Source of the DNA: an uncultured Actinomycetes bacterium
GTDB lineage: Bacteria; Actinomycetota; Acidimicrobiia; Spongiisociales; DATADW01
NCBI GenBank assembly: GCA_963733905.1
Contig: CAVTEU010000003.1
Location: forward strand, 910-64,909
Length of the DNA stretch: 64,000 nt
Reading direction: 5' to 3'
The translations under genes were made by a program, and so were the position numbers. How positions within the stretch are numbered: the stretch's first letter is position 1; every line of letters starts with the position of its first letter. Positions 41,800 through 53,613 of this stretch are shown piece after piece. The notes under the pieces were generated by a model, which was not told the DNA's origin, did not search any database, and worked only from the letters and a program-made list of their open reading frames with translations.

Positions 41800-42949
41800 C
41801 GCGCTTCCTCGCGCAGCCACAGGGCGACGCTTGCCGGCCGCAGGGTGCTGCCGACAACCGCGGTGAGATCGGTGGTGAGACCGTCGAGATCGACCTCGTC
41901 CCGCAGGCGGGTGCCGAAGTTGTCGACGACCCTTCCTGCGTCGTACCGCTGTCGATCGAAGCGGCGGTCGACGAATCCCTGCACTCGGCGCCGCACCGGT
42001 TGGAACAAGGCAGCTGCCGCCAAGGTGGAGGCGGCAACAGCGAGGGGGTCGTTTGAGCCGAGAAGCGCCTGGAGCCCGAGTACGCAGCCGACGTACACGC
42101 CGGCGAGAAACACGGTCACCATTCCGTAGGTGAGGGTGCGTCGAATCACCCGGTCGAAGTCGTAGAGGCGGTAGCGCAGCACGGCAACGGCGATCGAGGC
42201 GACCAACATCAACACAAATAGCGTGAAGACCACGTTGGCGACCACGAAGTAGCCGAGTTCGTAGAGCACGAGGTTGAGGGCCATCACGGTCACCGAAGCA
42301 GCCAGGGCACCGGCGAACACCTTGATCTGCTGGTGCTCGGTCCCCGTAGATCGGCGGTATCGCTGCACCGCCCCGAACAGTGCCGCGCCAACCGCCACCA
42401 ACACCATCACCATGCCCAGCACCGCGGCAGGCTCGAAGAGCGATGACAGTTCGGGAGCGCTGATGGGAAGGTCGATGGTGGTGGGAGGGGTGACGGTGTC
42501 CAGCGTCACCGACGGTACGAAGGCGTTCCCGAAGACGACCAGCCCCAGCCCGGTCAGCGCCACCGGGGCACCCACCGATAGCGGGCGGAAGGCAGTCTGC
42601 CGTCGGGGAAGAAGAGCGGAAGGAATACGAGCAGCAGGACCAGTGAGGCCGCCCACTGCCAGGTCCCGAGCCATGCACCCCATCCCGCCATCGGTCCTCC
42701 GGCTGCAGCAACGCCCTCACCAATCACGCCAAGTGTGAAGGTGAGGCCGAAACCGGCGAGTATCAAGCCCACCGGGTTCTCAGGGAGCCGCCAGACCAGA
42801 TAGGCGCCGGTCACGGTGGGCGAGGCGATGGCCAAAAGCGCCATGACGTCGACGAGCCACCGTCACTCTGGACCGCCTGCGTCTGCCCATAGATGAGGAC
42901 GGTGAGGCTCGCCAGACGCAATGAGGACGCCGAGCCAACGGCGGATCAC
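41796..42949 (-). CDS. array paralog P11; at least 1 apparent frameshift near the N-terminus
   Basis: GTG 42949 overlaps the P10 stop (GTGA): MIRRWLGVLIASGEPH.... 42554..42844 gives ...VLLLVFLPLFFPDGRLPSARYRWVP. 41796..42683 gives ...QRYRRSTGTEHQQIKVF...AVLRYRLYDFDRVIRRTLTY...DPLAVAASTLAAAALFQPVRRRVQGFVDRRFDRQRYDAGRVVDNF...SVALWLREEAR. Confidence 0.7.
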
Positions 42950-44138
42950 GATCGGTTCCCCTCAGCCACAACGACACCGTGACCGGTCGGAGTGTCTGCG
43001 CCGACCACCGCGGTGAGGTCGGTGGTGAGCCCGTCGAGGTCCACCTCTTGGCGCAGCCTCGATGAGAGAGTCGTCCACCACACGCTCGGCGTCGTATCGG
43101 GACCTGTCGAATCGGCGCTCGACGAAGCGCTGCACCCGGCGCCGCACCGGTTGGAACAGGGCGGCTGCCGCCAAGGTGGAAGCGGCAACGGCGAGGGGGT
43201 CGTTTGAGCCGAGAAGCCCCTGCAATCCAAGGACCGAGCCCACGTAGACGCCCGCCAGGACGACCGACACCAGACCGTATGTCACGGTACGGCGGATCAC
43301 AAGACCAAAGTCGTAAAGGCGATAACGGAGAACGGCAACCGCGATCGAAGTGACCAGTGTGACGACCACCACGCGCGAGACACGATGTTGGCAAGGATCT
43401 CGAAACCCGGACTTCGTAGAGGACCAGGTTGAGCAAGACGCCGACGAGGCCAACGACGAGAGCGCCGGCGAAGACCTTGATCTGCTGACGTTCGATCCCG
43501 GATCGACCGACGGAATCGCCCGACTGCCCCGACGAGCGCCGCGATCACGCGATATGAGCATGAGACCCATTCCGACCAATGCGGCCGGGTCGAAGAGCGA
43601 TGTCAGATTGCGGAGCGCTGATCGGAAGAGAGACAACGATCTCAGAAGAGCCGGATGAGCCACCTCGGCCAGTTGGGCTCGCAAGTGAGGCGTTCAGGCC
43701 GAAGACGAACCAATGCCAGCGTCCGGTAAGTGCTATCGGTGGGACCCATCGGAAACGTCCGACGAGGGGATACCGGGCCGGTCGGGGAAGAGCAGCGGAA
43801 GGAAGATCAGAAGGAGCGCCATGGAAAGGGCCCATTCCCAGGTCCCGATGCCAGGCTCCCCAGCCCGCCAAGAGGGCCACCGGTCTGGGCAGGATGTCTT
43901 CCCCGATGACCCCGACGGTGAATGCGAAGTCCGAAACCAGCGAGAATCCACCCCACAGGATTGGCCGGGGAGCCGCCACGACCAGATAAGCACCTGATGC
44001 CGCTTGGAGAGGCGAACGCCAGGAGCCCCAGGATATCCAGGAGCCAGTTCTCGACCTGGGGACTTTGCGTCTGCCCATAGACGATGACGACTGAGGCTGG
44101 CGAGCCCCATAACGACGCCGAGACCAACGGCGGATCAT
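42946..44138 (-). CDS. array paralog P10; several apparent frameshifts
   Basis: ATG 44138 (MIRRW...) overlaps the P9 stop. Fragments 43733..44110 (...LLLIFLPLLFPDRPG), 42962..43684 (...AVLRYRLYDFGLVIRRTVTYGLVSVVLAGVYVG...PLAVAASTLAAAALFQPVRRRVQRFVERRFDRSRYDAERVVDD) and 42946..43230 (...RLRQEVDLDGLTTDLTAVVG...). Confidence 0.6.
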
Positions 44139-45284
44139 AGTTCCCGTTCCCCTCAGCCAAAGCGACACCGTGACGGGTCGGAGCGTCTGGCTGACAACTG
44201 CGGTGAGATCGGTGGTAAGGCCGTCGAGATCCACCTCTTGACGTAGCCTCGAGGAGAAGTCGTCCACCACCCGGCCGGCGTCGTAGCGGGATCGATCGAA
44301 TCGGCGCTCGACGAACGCCTGCACCCGGCGGCGAAGAGGGGTGAACAACGCCGCTGCGGCCAGCGTGGCGCCGGCAACTGCCAGCGGGTTTCCCCGACCG
44401 ACAAGCGCCCCCAGGGCGAGGGCAGATCCGGCATACACAGCCAACCAGGACCGCCGCCACGACCGCGTATGACACGGTGCGGCTGATCAGCTTGTCGATG
44501 TCGTAGAGCCGGTAGCGGAGGATGGCAACACCGATGGCGGCTGGGATGGCGTTGAGTGCGATGAAGACGAGCGACACATCCAGGATGACGCTCTCGGGGA
44601 CCACCTGGGTGGTTACCAGGATCACGATCACGAAGACCGATCGCCGTCATCAGCCATGGGTACTGGAGCCGCTCCACTCCGCTGCTGGCCCGCCACCTCC
44701 GTACCAGGCTGCCCAGGGCGACCAGGAGGAGTAGCGGGATCAGGAAGAACCCCTGGTCGAGCATGAACGCCGAGAAGCCGCGAGAGCCCCGGTCTAGGGC
44801 CAGCGGGCTCACCAGACCGGTGATCTCCTTGGGAGCGGGGCTGATGAGCTCGGCGAAAACCACCGCCCCCCAGACGACCAGAAGCGCTCGGCTCAGGAAC
44901 CGGTCGAACCCGGTGGCGGGCGTACCGTGCGGAAACAGCACCGGGATGAGGGCGAGCGCCAACGAATGCCGAGTAGCCGAGAATCGAGCTGAGCATCTCG
45001 ACCCAGACGCTGACGAGGTCGGTCATTCCCCCATCGAGCAGCGCCTCGAGGAAGAAGGTGAGGCTCCAGGCCAGCCCGATGAAAAGCAGGAGCCGCCCCA
45101 TCCTGTGCCCCGGCCTCTTCCACAGGATGAAGCGCACCCATGGTCGCGAATCCCACCCAGCTGAGAAGCCACCAACTGTCGGGCAACGTGATCGCCCCGA
45201 TGATGAGCCCGGCGAGCGCAAGCCGAAGGCGAGCGCCAGCCCGAGCCCGTGCACGAATCGCCGCGTCGCCTGGAGCAGGCTCAT
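44135..45284 (-). CDS. array paralog P9; several apparent frameshifts
   Basis: ATG 45284 overlaps the P8 stop (ATGA): MSLLQATRRFVHGLGLALAFGL.... 44893..45186 gives ...WWLLSWVGFATMGAL.... 43545..44444 gives ...PLAVAGATLAAAALFTPLRRRVQAFVERRFDRSRYDAGRVVDDFSSRLRQEVDLDGLTTDLTAVVSQTLRPVTVSLWLRGTGT. An alternative-frame stop tga overlaps the next ATG. Confidence 0.6.
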
Positions 45285-46470
45285 TCGTCTTCCCGGAGCC
45301 AGAGCGACAACGTCGTCGGGTGGAGGGTGCTGCCCACTACCCCGGTGAGATCGGTGGTGAGCCCCCGAAGGTCCGACCTCTTCGCGGAGTCTCGAGGCAA
45401 AGCCGTCGACCACGCGGGCAGCGTCATAGCGGGAGCGGTTGAATCGTCGATCGACAAACGACTGAACCCGACGTCGCACCGGGTTGAACAACGCCGCCGC
45501 CGCCAGAGTGGCACCCGCTACCGCCAGCGGATTGCCCCGTCCCACCAGGGATCCGAGAGCCAGGATGGAACCGGCGTACACCGCTACCAGGACGGCAGCG
45601 ATGACCGCGTAGGAAACGGTCCTGCTGATCAGCCGATCAATCTCGTAGAGGCGGTAGCGGAAGATGGCCACGCCGATGGCGATGGGCAACAGGCTGATGG
45701 CCACGGCGAAGGGGACGTCCGTTTCTACCGAGAGATCTGCCACCGACTGGAGGAGGTCCTCGGTTAGCGGTATCAGCGCGGTGACAACGGCGGCAGTCGT
45801 GAACCACTTCAGCTGTTGCCGTTCGTCGCCTCGGGAACGCCGGTAACGCACCACCACCGAGGCCGCCGCAGCGAGGATCAACGCAGCCAGCAGGATGAAG
45901 AGCACGTTGCCGATGGCGCTTGCCTCCACATCGGGCATGCCGGCAACCCCGATGGGATTGGGCAGCGAGAAATCGGGCTCGCCGAGCGTCGGCGAGAGGG
46001 CGGCCATGGCGGTTGTCAAACCCGTGATCAGCGATCCCCAACCAGAGCACCGGTCGCCACCGTGGCGACGCCGGCCTGCCGTTCGGGAAGAGGAATGGAG
46101 TGAAGAAGAGCACAAGTGCAAGCGTCGGGTACCAGTACCACTCGGCCAGCCACGCCGCCGGTATCAATCCAGGTGCATCTCTCGACAGCTCTTCCAATGC
46201 GTAGACGGCGTATTCGAACGCAAAGGCGCCCGTCGTCACCAGCAATGCGACAGACGAGAGGATCCAACCCATGACGTTGCCGGGGCGCCGGAGAACGATT
46301 AGAACCCCGACCGCCATGTAGGCGGTGAACGCCAGGAGCAGGGCGATACTTCCTACCGGGTCGTCTTCGACCTGACCGCTCCGAGCGTGGAGCACCTCGA
46401 TCAGGACGGCGCTGGCCAGATAGACGATGACCATGGCTGCGACGATGAGGCGTGGCCCGAGGCTTCTCAT
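45281..46470 (-). CDS. array paralog P8; several apparent frameshifts
   Basis: ATG 46470 overlaps the P7 stop: MRSLGPRLIVAAMVIVYLASAVLIEV...FLFPNGRPASPRWRPVLWLG (in ORF 45637..47292). 44628..46121 gives ...RYRRSRGDERQQLKWFTTAAV...AIFRYRLYEIDRLISRTVSYAVIAAVLVAVYAG...NPLAVAGATLAAAALFNPVRRRVQSFVDRRFNRSRYDAARVVDGFASRLREEV. 45281..45514 gives ...DLRGLTTDLTGVVGSTLHPTTLSLWLREDE. Confidence 0.65.
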
Positions 46471-47722
46471 CCAGCCCTGCTTTCCTCGGCTCCTACGCCG
46501 TGGCGCACCCAGATCGACAAGGTCGCCGGATGCAGGGTGTTGCTCACCACTCCGGTGAGATCGCTCGTGAGGCCAGCCAGGTCGACCTGGTGGCGGAGAC
46601 GAGTCGAGAAAGCCTCCACCACCCGTGCCGCGTCGTAGCGGGAGCGGTTGAAACGGCGGTCCACGAAGCCCTGCACCCAGCGCCGCACCGGGTTGAAGAG
46701 GGCGGCCACTGCCAATGTGGAGCCCGCCACGACCAGCTCGCTCTCGGACCCGATCAGTGCCGGTAGCCCGAGCACACCGGCCAAATAGACCACCGCAAGG
46801 AGAGCCGTGACCACCGCGTAGGTGACGGTGCGGCGGACGATCACGTCGATGTCCCACAAACGGTATCGCAGGATCGCCAGACCCATCGAGAGAGGGATGA
46901 TGGCCAGCGAGCCCGCGATCAGGGTCTCGCCGACAATGGTTGCGAATATGGACCCGGCTTCGATCACGGGAGTCAGCTCCACGGCGAGAATCAGCAGAAT
47001 GAACAGAGCCAGGCCAGTCGTTACCGAGAGCACCACCCACTTTGTCTGCTGTCGTTGCACCCGGTCCGAGGTGCTGCGATATCGGTATACCTGGGCGACG
47101 ATGCCCGTGACGACCAGGAGGTTGAACAGGTTGTCGTTGATGACCGTTGGAAGGACGTTGACTTCGGGAAGCAGGCTCTCGTCGAACTGGTACAAGACCC
47201 AGATGGGCGCCAGCCACAGCGTCCAGCGCGGTACGAAGCGGCCGGTGGGGAACATCCAGAGCACGAGCAACAGCCCGGCCCCGCCCAGCCACTGAAGAGT
47301 TCGGGTCACCAACTCAAGCCAAATCGGCACGCCGGACGCGATCAGCTGGAACGTCGCCGATCCGAACGCGGTCAGCCCGAATGCGACCAGCACCCAGCGG
47401 TGAAGCTGGCGAACCAGTCGTCCTTGCGACGTGTCAACAGCACCAGTCCCACCACGAGATACGGGAGTGCAACGAGGACGTCGCGTCCCGTTGCAAGGGC
47501 GGCGTAGGCCTCGGGGGAGGCACCCATCGCCGTCCACTCCTCGAACTGAGCCTCGGTGAAGCCCCAGTTCTCGCACTCCTCGGTGCCTTCCACCGTGGTG
47601 AGGTCTGGGTCCACGGTGCACGGCTCGGCGTAGGCCCGGTAGGCGTAAGGGAGCGAGACGACGAAAAGGGCGACACTCGCCACGACCACCGCCAGGGCGA
47701 TGGGGTAGACAAACCGTCTCAC
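46467..47722 (-). CDS. array paralog P7; carries a unique Cys-containing extracytoplasmic insert after TM1; at least 1 apparent frameshift
   Basis: GTG 47722 overlaps the P6 stop (GTGA): VRRFVYPIALAVVVASVALFVVSLPYAYRAYAEPCTVDPDLTTVEGTEECENWGFTEAQFEEWTAMGASPEAY... (tail of 47372..48025). 46467..47621 gives ...LWMFPTGRFVPRWTLWLAPI...YRYRSTSDRVQRQQTKWVVLSV...LAILRYRLWDIDVIVRRTVTYAVV...LVVAGSTLAVAALFNPVRRWVQGFVDRRFNRSRYDAARVVEAFSTRLRHQVDLAGLTSDLTGVVSNTLHPATLSIWVRHGV. Confidence 0.7.
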
Positions 47723-48960
47723 GTCTCCGCCTCCCGGACCCAAAGCGACATCGTGGCCGGGCGGAGAGTCTCCTCGACTACACCGGTCAGGTCGGCTCGC
47801 AAGCCGTCGAGGTCGGCCTCGGCGCGCAGGCGAGAAGAGAACTGCTCCACCACCTGCTGGGCGTCGTAGCGTTCCCGGTCGAAGCGGCGATCTACCCATC
47901 CCTGCACCCGGCGCCGTACCGGGTTGAACAGCGCCGCCGCCGCCAGGGTGGCCCCGGCCACCGCCAAGGGATCTGTCGCGCCCGATGATCGCGCCCAAGG
48001 CGGTGACGCCACCCAGATAGACCAATGCCAGCAGTGCGGCCAGGGCCGCGTAGCTGACCGTGCGGCGGACGATGTCGATCTATCTCATAGAGGCGGTAGC
48101 GGATCACAGCCAACGGCGATGGCCACCGGGATAGCGGCGATCGAGATGACAAAGAGGAGGTCCAGCCACGCCGGCGTTTCCTCTCCACCGGAGAATGCGA
48201 ACATGGAGGAGTAGACGACGGCGAACATGCCGACGGCGTAAGCGAGCCACTTGATCTGCTGGCGCTCCTCCGCCCGGGCGCGGCGATAGCGGACGATGAC
48301 CGCCGACGCGCTCCCCAGAGCCAGGATCACCAACCCCACCCCCCACACAGGCGAGAAGCCCCCCTCCCAGAATTCATCGGTGATGAACCCGATCGGATTG
48401 GGCACCGACCAGATGGTTGTTTCCCCAACTACCAGCTCGAGCTCTGCGGAGAAGACGGTGAGGAGCGTGAAGACCAGGAGCATCCCCGCCTCCAACGCCA
48501 CCAGCCACCGCCAGCGTGGGGTGGGAACCGTGCCGGTTGGGAACACCAGGGGCAGATGGAAGATCGGAAAGATGAACAGAACCCAGGACCAGCCCTGAAA
48601 CCAGATCAGTAGCCAGACGCCGAGGTCAACGGTCGGCGGAGCCGTCATGGACGACAGTGGGATGGCGGTCAGACCCGACAACGAGGCTCCCAGGGCCCAG
48701 ACCAGTAGCAGCCAACCGATCGGGTTGCGGGGCCGGGAGGCGAGGATGAGCATCGCCGCCACCGCGGTGATTAGCGGAATGAGCACCAAGACCGGATCCC
48801 CATCCAATCGGTCCAACTCACCCTGGCGGATCGTGATGAAGATGTAGGACACCGAGATGGCGAGAACGATCACAGCGATGCCCCAGGCCAGCGGTCGCCG
48901 CCAGCCGAAGCCCACCACCTCCTCTTCCGCGGGCAGTGCCCCTCGGTCCGGGCCGGCCAT
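47719..48960 (-). CDS. array paralog P6; about 2 apparent frameshifts near the C-terminus
   Basis: ATG 48960 (TGATG overlap with the P5 stop): MAGPDRGALPAEEEVVGFGWRRPLAWGIAVIVLAISV...FPTGTVPTPRWRWLVAL...VRYRRARAEERQQIKWLAYAV...AAIPVAIAV (48085..48960). 47719..48012 gives ...DPLAVAGATLAAAALFNPVRRRVQGWVDRRFDRERYDAQQVVEQFSSRLRAEADLDGLRADLTGVVEETLRPATMSLWVREAET. Confidence 0.7.
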
Positions 48961-50135
48961 CAGGCGTCACTCCTTGTCGATGCCAGCCACACCCCGGTGA
49001 TGGTGGGACGGAGCGTGCGGTTCACCACTCCTTCCAGGTCGGCGGTGAGTCCATCCAGTTCCACCTGGTCGCGCAGCCGCGCCGAGAACCCGGCCACGAC
49101 CTGCTCACTGTCGTAGCGCGCCCTGTCGAAGCGTCGGTCCACCCAACGCCTGGACCCGCCGTCGCACCGGGCTGAACAGCGCCGCGGCCGCCAGGGTGGC
49201 CCCCGCCACAGCCAAAGGATTGTCGCGACCGACGATGGCGCCGAGCGCAGCTATCCCCCCGAGATACGCCGCGGCGACGACGACGGCCACGATCGTGTAG
49301 GCGAGGGTCGCGACTGACGAGCCGATCGATCTCGTACAGACCAAGGCGCGTCACGGCGACGAACAGCGTGCCGCCAACCAGGATGACGAAGCCGATGTTG
49401 ATGAGAGAGGAGAGCAGCGGGGGTACGTCGCCGGGGATGGTCACGGCGAAGAAGATGACCGCGACGACGCCGACCCATGCAAGCCACTTGATCTGTTGGC
49501 GCTCCACCGTACCTGCGCGTCGAAAGCGAAAAATGAGCGAGATGACGCCGATCAGCGAGGCGACGGGTATGGCGTTGAAGACGATCGGTGCGAGCGCTTC
49601 TGCGATGGGCAGTGAAGCCGGCGATACCCAGCGGGTTGTTCAAACCAGGCAATAGCTCTTCGTCCACCGGTCCCGGGGCAAAGGCGCTGATGAGAAAGGT
49701 GAGTGCTACCAGCGTCCAGAGCAGCCACAACAGCGGCCGCCATCGGGGAGAAGCGGGCTGGCCGTCTGGATAGAGCGCCAGGAGGAAGGGGATCGAGTAG
49801 GGCCCCGGGATCCACACCCAGAGGACGCACCACCCCGCCACTGCGGTCACCCGATGATCGGGCCCCAAATTGGTAAGGGCAAAGTGGGCGATGTCCGAGA
49901 GCAGTGCTTCCAGCGGGAAGACCAGGCCGGGGATGATGGCCAGCCAAGCCACTGCGTTGGTCGGCTGACGGCGGGCGATGAGATAGCCGAACGTCCCGAG
50001 GATGACGAATGCGAACAGCTCGACCGCTTCGAGCACTGGGCTGGCACCAACCGATGGCGCGTACGCGCCGAGCACAGCGGCTACCGACCAGGAGACGATG
50101 CTCGCCAGCCAGACGACCAGGGCTGCCCGTCTCAT
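48960..50135 (-). CDS. array paralog P5; several apparent frameshifts
   Basis: ATG about 50135 overlaps the P4 stop (ATGA): MRRAALVVWLASIVSWSVAAVLGAYAP...LALYPDGQPASPRWRPLLWLLW (second half of ORF 49251..51263). 49022..49507 gives ...ERQQIKWLAWVGVVAV...TRLGLYEIDRLVSR. 48960..49142 gives VDRRFDRARYDSEQVVAGFSARLRDQVELDGLTADLEGVVNRTLRPTITGVWLASTRSDA. Confidence 0.6.
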
Positions 50136-51312
50136 CGAGCTCCCTCCCCGACAAGCACCAGCGACACCGTCGCCGGGCGCAACGTGGCCCCCACGACGGC
50201 GGAGAGGTCGGTGGTGAGCCCTCCAGATCGATCTCGTCGCGCAGCCGTCCCGAGAAGGCGGAGACCACCTGGGTGGTGTCATACCGGGTTCGATCGAATC
50301 GCCGATCGACCCACCCTGGACCCGCCGGCGGACGGGAGTGAACAGCGCCGCCGCTGCCAATGTGGCCCCCGCCACAGCCAAGGGGTTGTCGCTCCCCACG
50401 ACCGCCCCCAATGCTGCCACTCCTCCCAGATAAACCGCGGCGAGCACCGCAGCAACCAATCCGTAGCTCACCGTCCGGCTGATCAATCGGTCGATGTCGT
50501 ACAGCCGGTACCGGAAGATGGCGATCGCCATTGCCGCGGGGAGCAACACACCCGCAATCGCCTCGTTTATCTGGTCGAGCGCGCCAGGAAGGTCGATGGC
50601 CCAGGCTGGGAGACTGAACACAGCCGCCAAGGCGAGCCACTTGATCTGCCGTCGCTCGATCCCGGAGGCTCTTCGGTAACGGAGCAGCACAGACAGGACC
50701 CCGAGCGGCACTCCGGCAAAGAGCACTACCAAGAGCACGCTCCCCGCCGGCTCGACAGCTTGAGCGGATGTCTCGCTCACCACGCCGCTCCACGTGGCCG
50801 GAAGGGTCCCGCTCTCACCTGGGAGCATCCATGTCCCTGCCGCCATCAGCCCCACGGCGATGGAAGTCGTCCAGGCCACGATTCGCCAGAACTTCGAGGA
50901 AAGCCTGCCGTCGGGAAAGAGGAGCAAGACGAGACCTATCAGCCATAGCGAGAAGAGGAAGCCGTAGTCGCCGATCAGGCCGAGCAGCCCGGTCGAGGGC
51001 GGTCCTGTCTGCCCCGAGGCGAGCAGGAGAACCCCGTAGTCACGGCACGCCATTTGCATTATCTGGGCAAAACCCAGACCCAACCAGGCCCATCCGTACC
51101 TTTTGTCTGGGAAACGGGTTACCAGCAGCCAGCCGACCGCAGCAATGGCGAGCCCGCTCGGGTACGAGGAAAGGCGGGTAGCCCAGGGGGCGACGTCGGC
51201 CACTGCCGGGAAGTTCCGACTAGCCAAGGCCGACCAGATACCCAAAACCGCCATGGCCACCAATCGACAGGGTCAGGATCGTGGCGCTCCCTGCGATCAG
51301 CCGGCGTCTCAT
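50132..51312 (-). CDS. array paralog P4; at least 2 apparent frameshifts
   Basis: ATG about 51312 overlaps the P3 stop (ATGA): MRRRLIAGSATIL..., then first half of ORF 49251..51263: ...LLLFPDGRLSSKFWRIVAWT...LRYRRASGIERRQIKWLALAAV...AIFRYRLYDIDRLISRTVSYGLVAAVLAAVYLGG...NPLAVAGATLAAAALFTPVRRRVQ. The C-terminal domain is in another frame. Confidence 0.65.
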
Positions 51313-52468
51313 ACCCGCTCCCCCACCAGGACCAGCGAGACTCCGGCCGGTCGCAGGGTCTCGCCGACAACGCGGTGAGGTCGCCGGTGAGACCATCGAG
51401 GTCGACCTCGTCGCGCAGCCTCGCCGAGAATTGCTCCACGACCGTGTGGGCGTCGTACCTGGTCCGGTCGAACCGACGGTCGACCCATAGCTGGACCCGG
51501 CGCCGCACCGGGTTGAACAGCGCCGCCGCGGCCAGGGTTGCGCCTGCGACCGCCAGCGGGTTGGTGCTTCCCACGACGGCGCCCACCGCGGCGGCAGCGG
51601 CCAGGTAGACCCCGGCGAGCACGACGGCCACCAGCGTGTAACCGGCCGTCCGCCTGATCAACCGGTCGATGTCGTACAGGCGGTAGCGGAAGACGGCCAC
51701 CGCGATCGAGACCGGAAGGAGGACGAGGCCAAGAAAGAGAAACTCGGCGACCACGCTTCCCTGGGCGGTGAACTCGGCAACGATTCCCGCCGCCACCACG
51801 GCGACGGCGAGGAGGAACCACTTGACCTGGGCCCGCTCGATCCCGTGCGAGCGGCGGAACCTCAATACGAGCGAAACGAGCGCCGCAACCGCCCCGAAGA
51901 GCATGAGCGGCACCCCCACCGTGTTCAACACGGCGAGGATCGGGTTGGTCGGCTGTAGCTCGTCGCCGGTGAAGAGTTGGACCGGTGACAGCTTCAGAGC
52001 GGCAGGCAGCCCGGAAACCGCGAGGCATACGAACCCGGTGACACCGATCCATGCGATCCAACGCCAGCGGGGTGTCGGAGGTCGGCCGTCGGGGAACAAG
52101 AGCGGGAGCAGGCAGGTCAGAACGGTGACCCAGCCGAAGAATCCGACGCCGCCAAGCCAGTAGAAGATCTGCGGCCAAGGCGCCGCAACACCGGCGGTGG
52201 CCAAGGCCTCCATCACCTCGTCGGCCAAGACGTTGAGCGAGGCCAGAAACCCGACAAGCGCAACCAGCCACCCAACCGGCTCCTCGGGGCGGCGGGCGAC
52301 GAGAACGGCTCCGGTCAGCGTGAACGAGACCAGCATCCAGCAAAAGACCAGCACCTCGGAGGAGAAACCCTCATCCCCGGTTGCGAAGAGGACAAGAGCC
52401 GAGACACCGCTGACGACCGAGATCGCCGCCATCACCAGGCCCCAACGGCGGAGCACGATGGGGCTCAT
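51309..52468 (-). CDS. array paralog P3; nearly intact, one apparent frameshift about 51360
   Basis: ATG 52468 overlaps the P2 stop (ATGA). ORF 51119..52468: MSPIVLRRWGLVMAAISVVSGVSALVLF...LLFPDGRPPTPRWRWIAWIGV...LRFRRSHGIERAQVKWFLLAV...AVFRYRLYDIDRLIRRTAGYTLVAVVLAGVYLAA...NPLAVAGATLAAAALFNPVRRRVQLWVDRRFDRTRYDAHTVVEQFSARLRDEVDLDGLTGDLTA. The true C-terminus ...VVGETLRPAGVSLVLVGERV is in 51309..52343. Confidence 0.8.
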
Positions 52469-53613
52469 CGTCCCGACTCCCCTATCAGTACAACGGCGGC
52501 GGAAACCGGGCGGAGCGTCACCGTCACCACGCCGGTCAGGTCCGTGGTGAGCCCGTCGAGGTCGACCTCGTCGCGCAGTCGAGCCGAGAAGCCCTCCACG
52601 ACTTGCTCGGTGTCATACCGTGCCCGGTCGAAGCGGTGATCGACCCATGCCTGGACGCGGCGCCTCACCGGGCTGAACAGTGCCGCGGCGGCCAACGTGG
52701 CGCCGGCCACGGCGAGTGGGCTGGTTCGCCCCACCAAAGCCCCGATGGCGGCGACGCCGCCGAGATACATCGCCGCAAGGAGCACGGCAACAAGTGTGTA
52801 GCTCACCGTCCGTCGGACCAACTGGCCAATGTCGTACAAGCGGTAGCGGAGCACTGCTATCCCGATCGCCACCGGGAAGACGGACACTGCGAACACGAAC
52901 GAGGAATTCCCAATCCAATCCGGTACCTCGAGACCCAAGATGGGCGCAACCTCCTGGGCGACGAGCGTGACCGCGATCATTGCCACCGCGTACGTCAGCC
53001 AGGCGACCTGTTTGCGCTCGACGCCTGTAGAGCGCCGGAACCTGACCACGAGACTCGCCGCGGCCAGGACCATGCACGCCAGCAGGACGACGATCACGGC
53101 TGTGCCGATTCCCGAGTCCTCGGCTCCGGGGGCTCCGGCGACTCCGAGCGGGTTGGGGACCCCGCCTGCCACGGTGGGCTGGATCACTACGAGCACCGCG
53201 TTCACCACTACGGCGCCCACGGCCACCCACGCAACCCAGCCCCAGCGGGGAGTCGGGGGGCGCCCATTAGGAAAGAGGAGGGGGAGGAACACGAAGGTCC
53301 CGGCGAGGGTGGCGAAGAACATCGAATCGGAAAACAGCGAACCGAGCACCAACGACCACTCGGGCACATTGCTCCGATCGGCGAGGATTCCAGTCAACGC
53401 GCTCGACACCGCGATCAACCCGATGCCAACCATGACCCATCCCACGCGGTTACCCCCGGTGCGCGAAACGATCACCGCCCCAACGAGCGCCATGGCCAGG
53501 TACGGGAAGGAGAGCGAGTCGAAGGTGTGCTGAGCGATTTGGTTAACTACGGCGCCGGCCAGGATCAAGACGAAGAGCGACCACGCCAGCACTGACTGGG
53601 TGCGCGGGCTCAT
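52465..53613 (-). CDS. array paralog P2; apparently intact (383 aa)
   Basis: Second half of ORF 52465..54780 from MSPRTQSVLAWSLFVLILAGAVV to ...DTEQVVEGFSARLRDEVDLDGLTTDLTGVVTVTLRPVSAAVVLIGESGR. ATG 53613 overlaps the P1 stop (ATGA). It has the full set of family motifs (LLFPNGRPPTPRWGWVAWV; VRFRRSTGVERKQVAWLTYAV; VLRYRLYDIGQLVRRTVSYTLV; PLAVAGATLAAAALFSPVRRRVQAWVDHRFDRARYD). Confidence 0.85.
   Translation of the reverse strand: MSPRTQSVLAWSLFVLILAGAVVNQIAQHTFDSLSFPYLAMALVGAVIVSRTGGNRVGWVMVGIGLIAVSSALTGILADRSNVPEWSLVLGSLFSDSMFFATLAGTFVFLPLLFPNGRPPTPRWGWVAWVAVGAVVVNAVLVVIQPTVAGGVPNPLGVAGAPGAEDSGIGTAVIVVLLACMVLAAASLVVRFRRSTGVERKQVAWLTYAVAMIAVTLVAQEVAPILGLEVPDWIGNSSFVFAVSVFPVAIGIAVLRYRLYDIGQLVRRTVSYTLVAVLLAAMYLGGVAAIGALVGRTSPLAVAGATLAAAALFSPVRRRVQAWVDHRFDRARYDTEQVVEGFSARLRDEVDLDGLTTDLTGVVTVTLRPVSAAVVLIGESGR

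Noticed and set aside
40171-42723. 850-aa minus-strand ORF spanning three array genes
   Set aside because: It is a GC-rich out-of-frame read-through (Arg/Pro/Gly-rich, not protein-like) overlapping the real paralog frames. Only its last about 157 codons coincide with the genuine N-terminus of P13.
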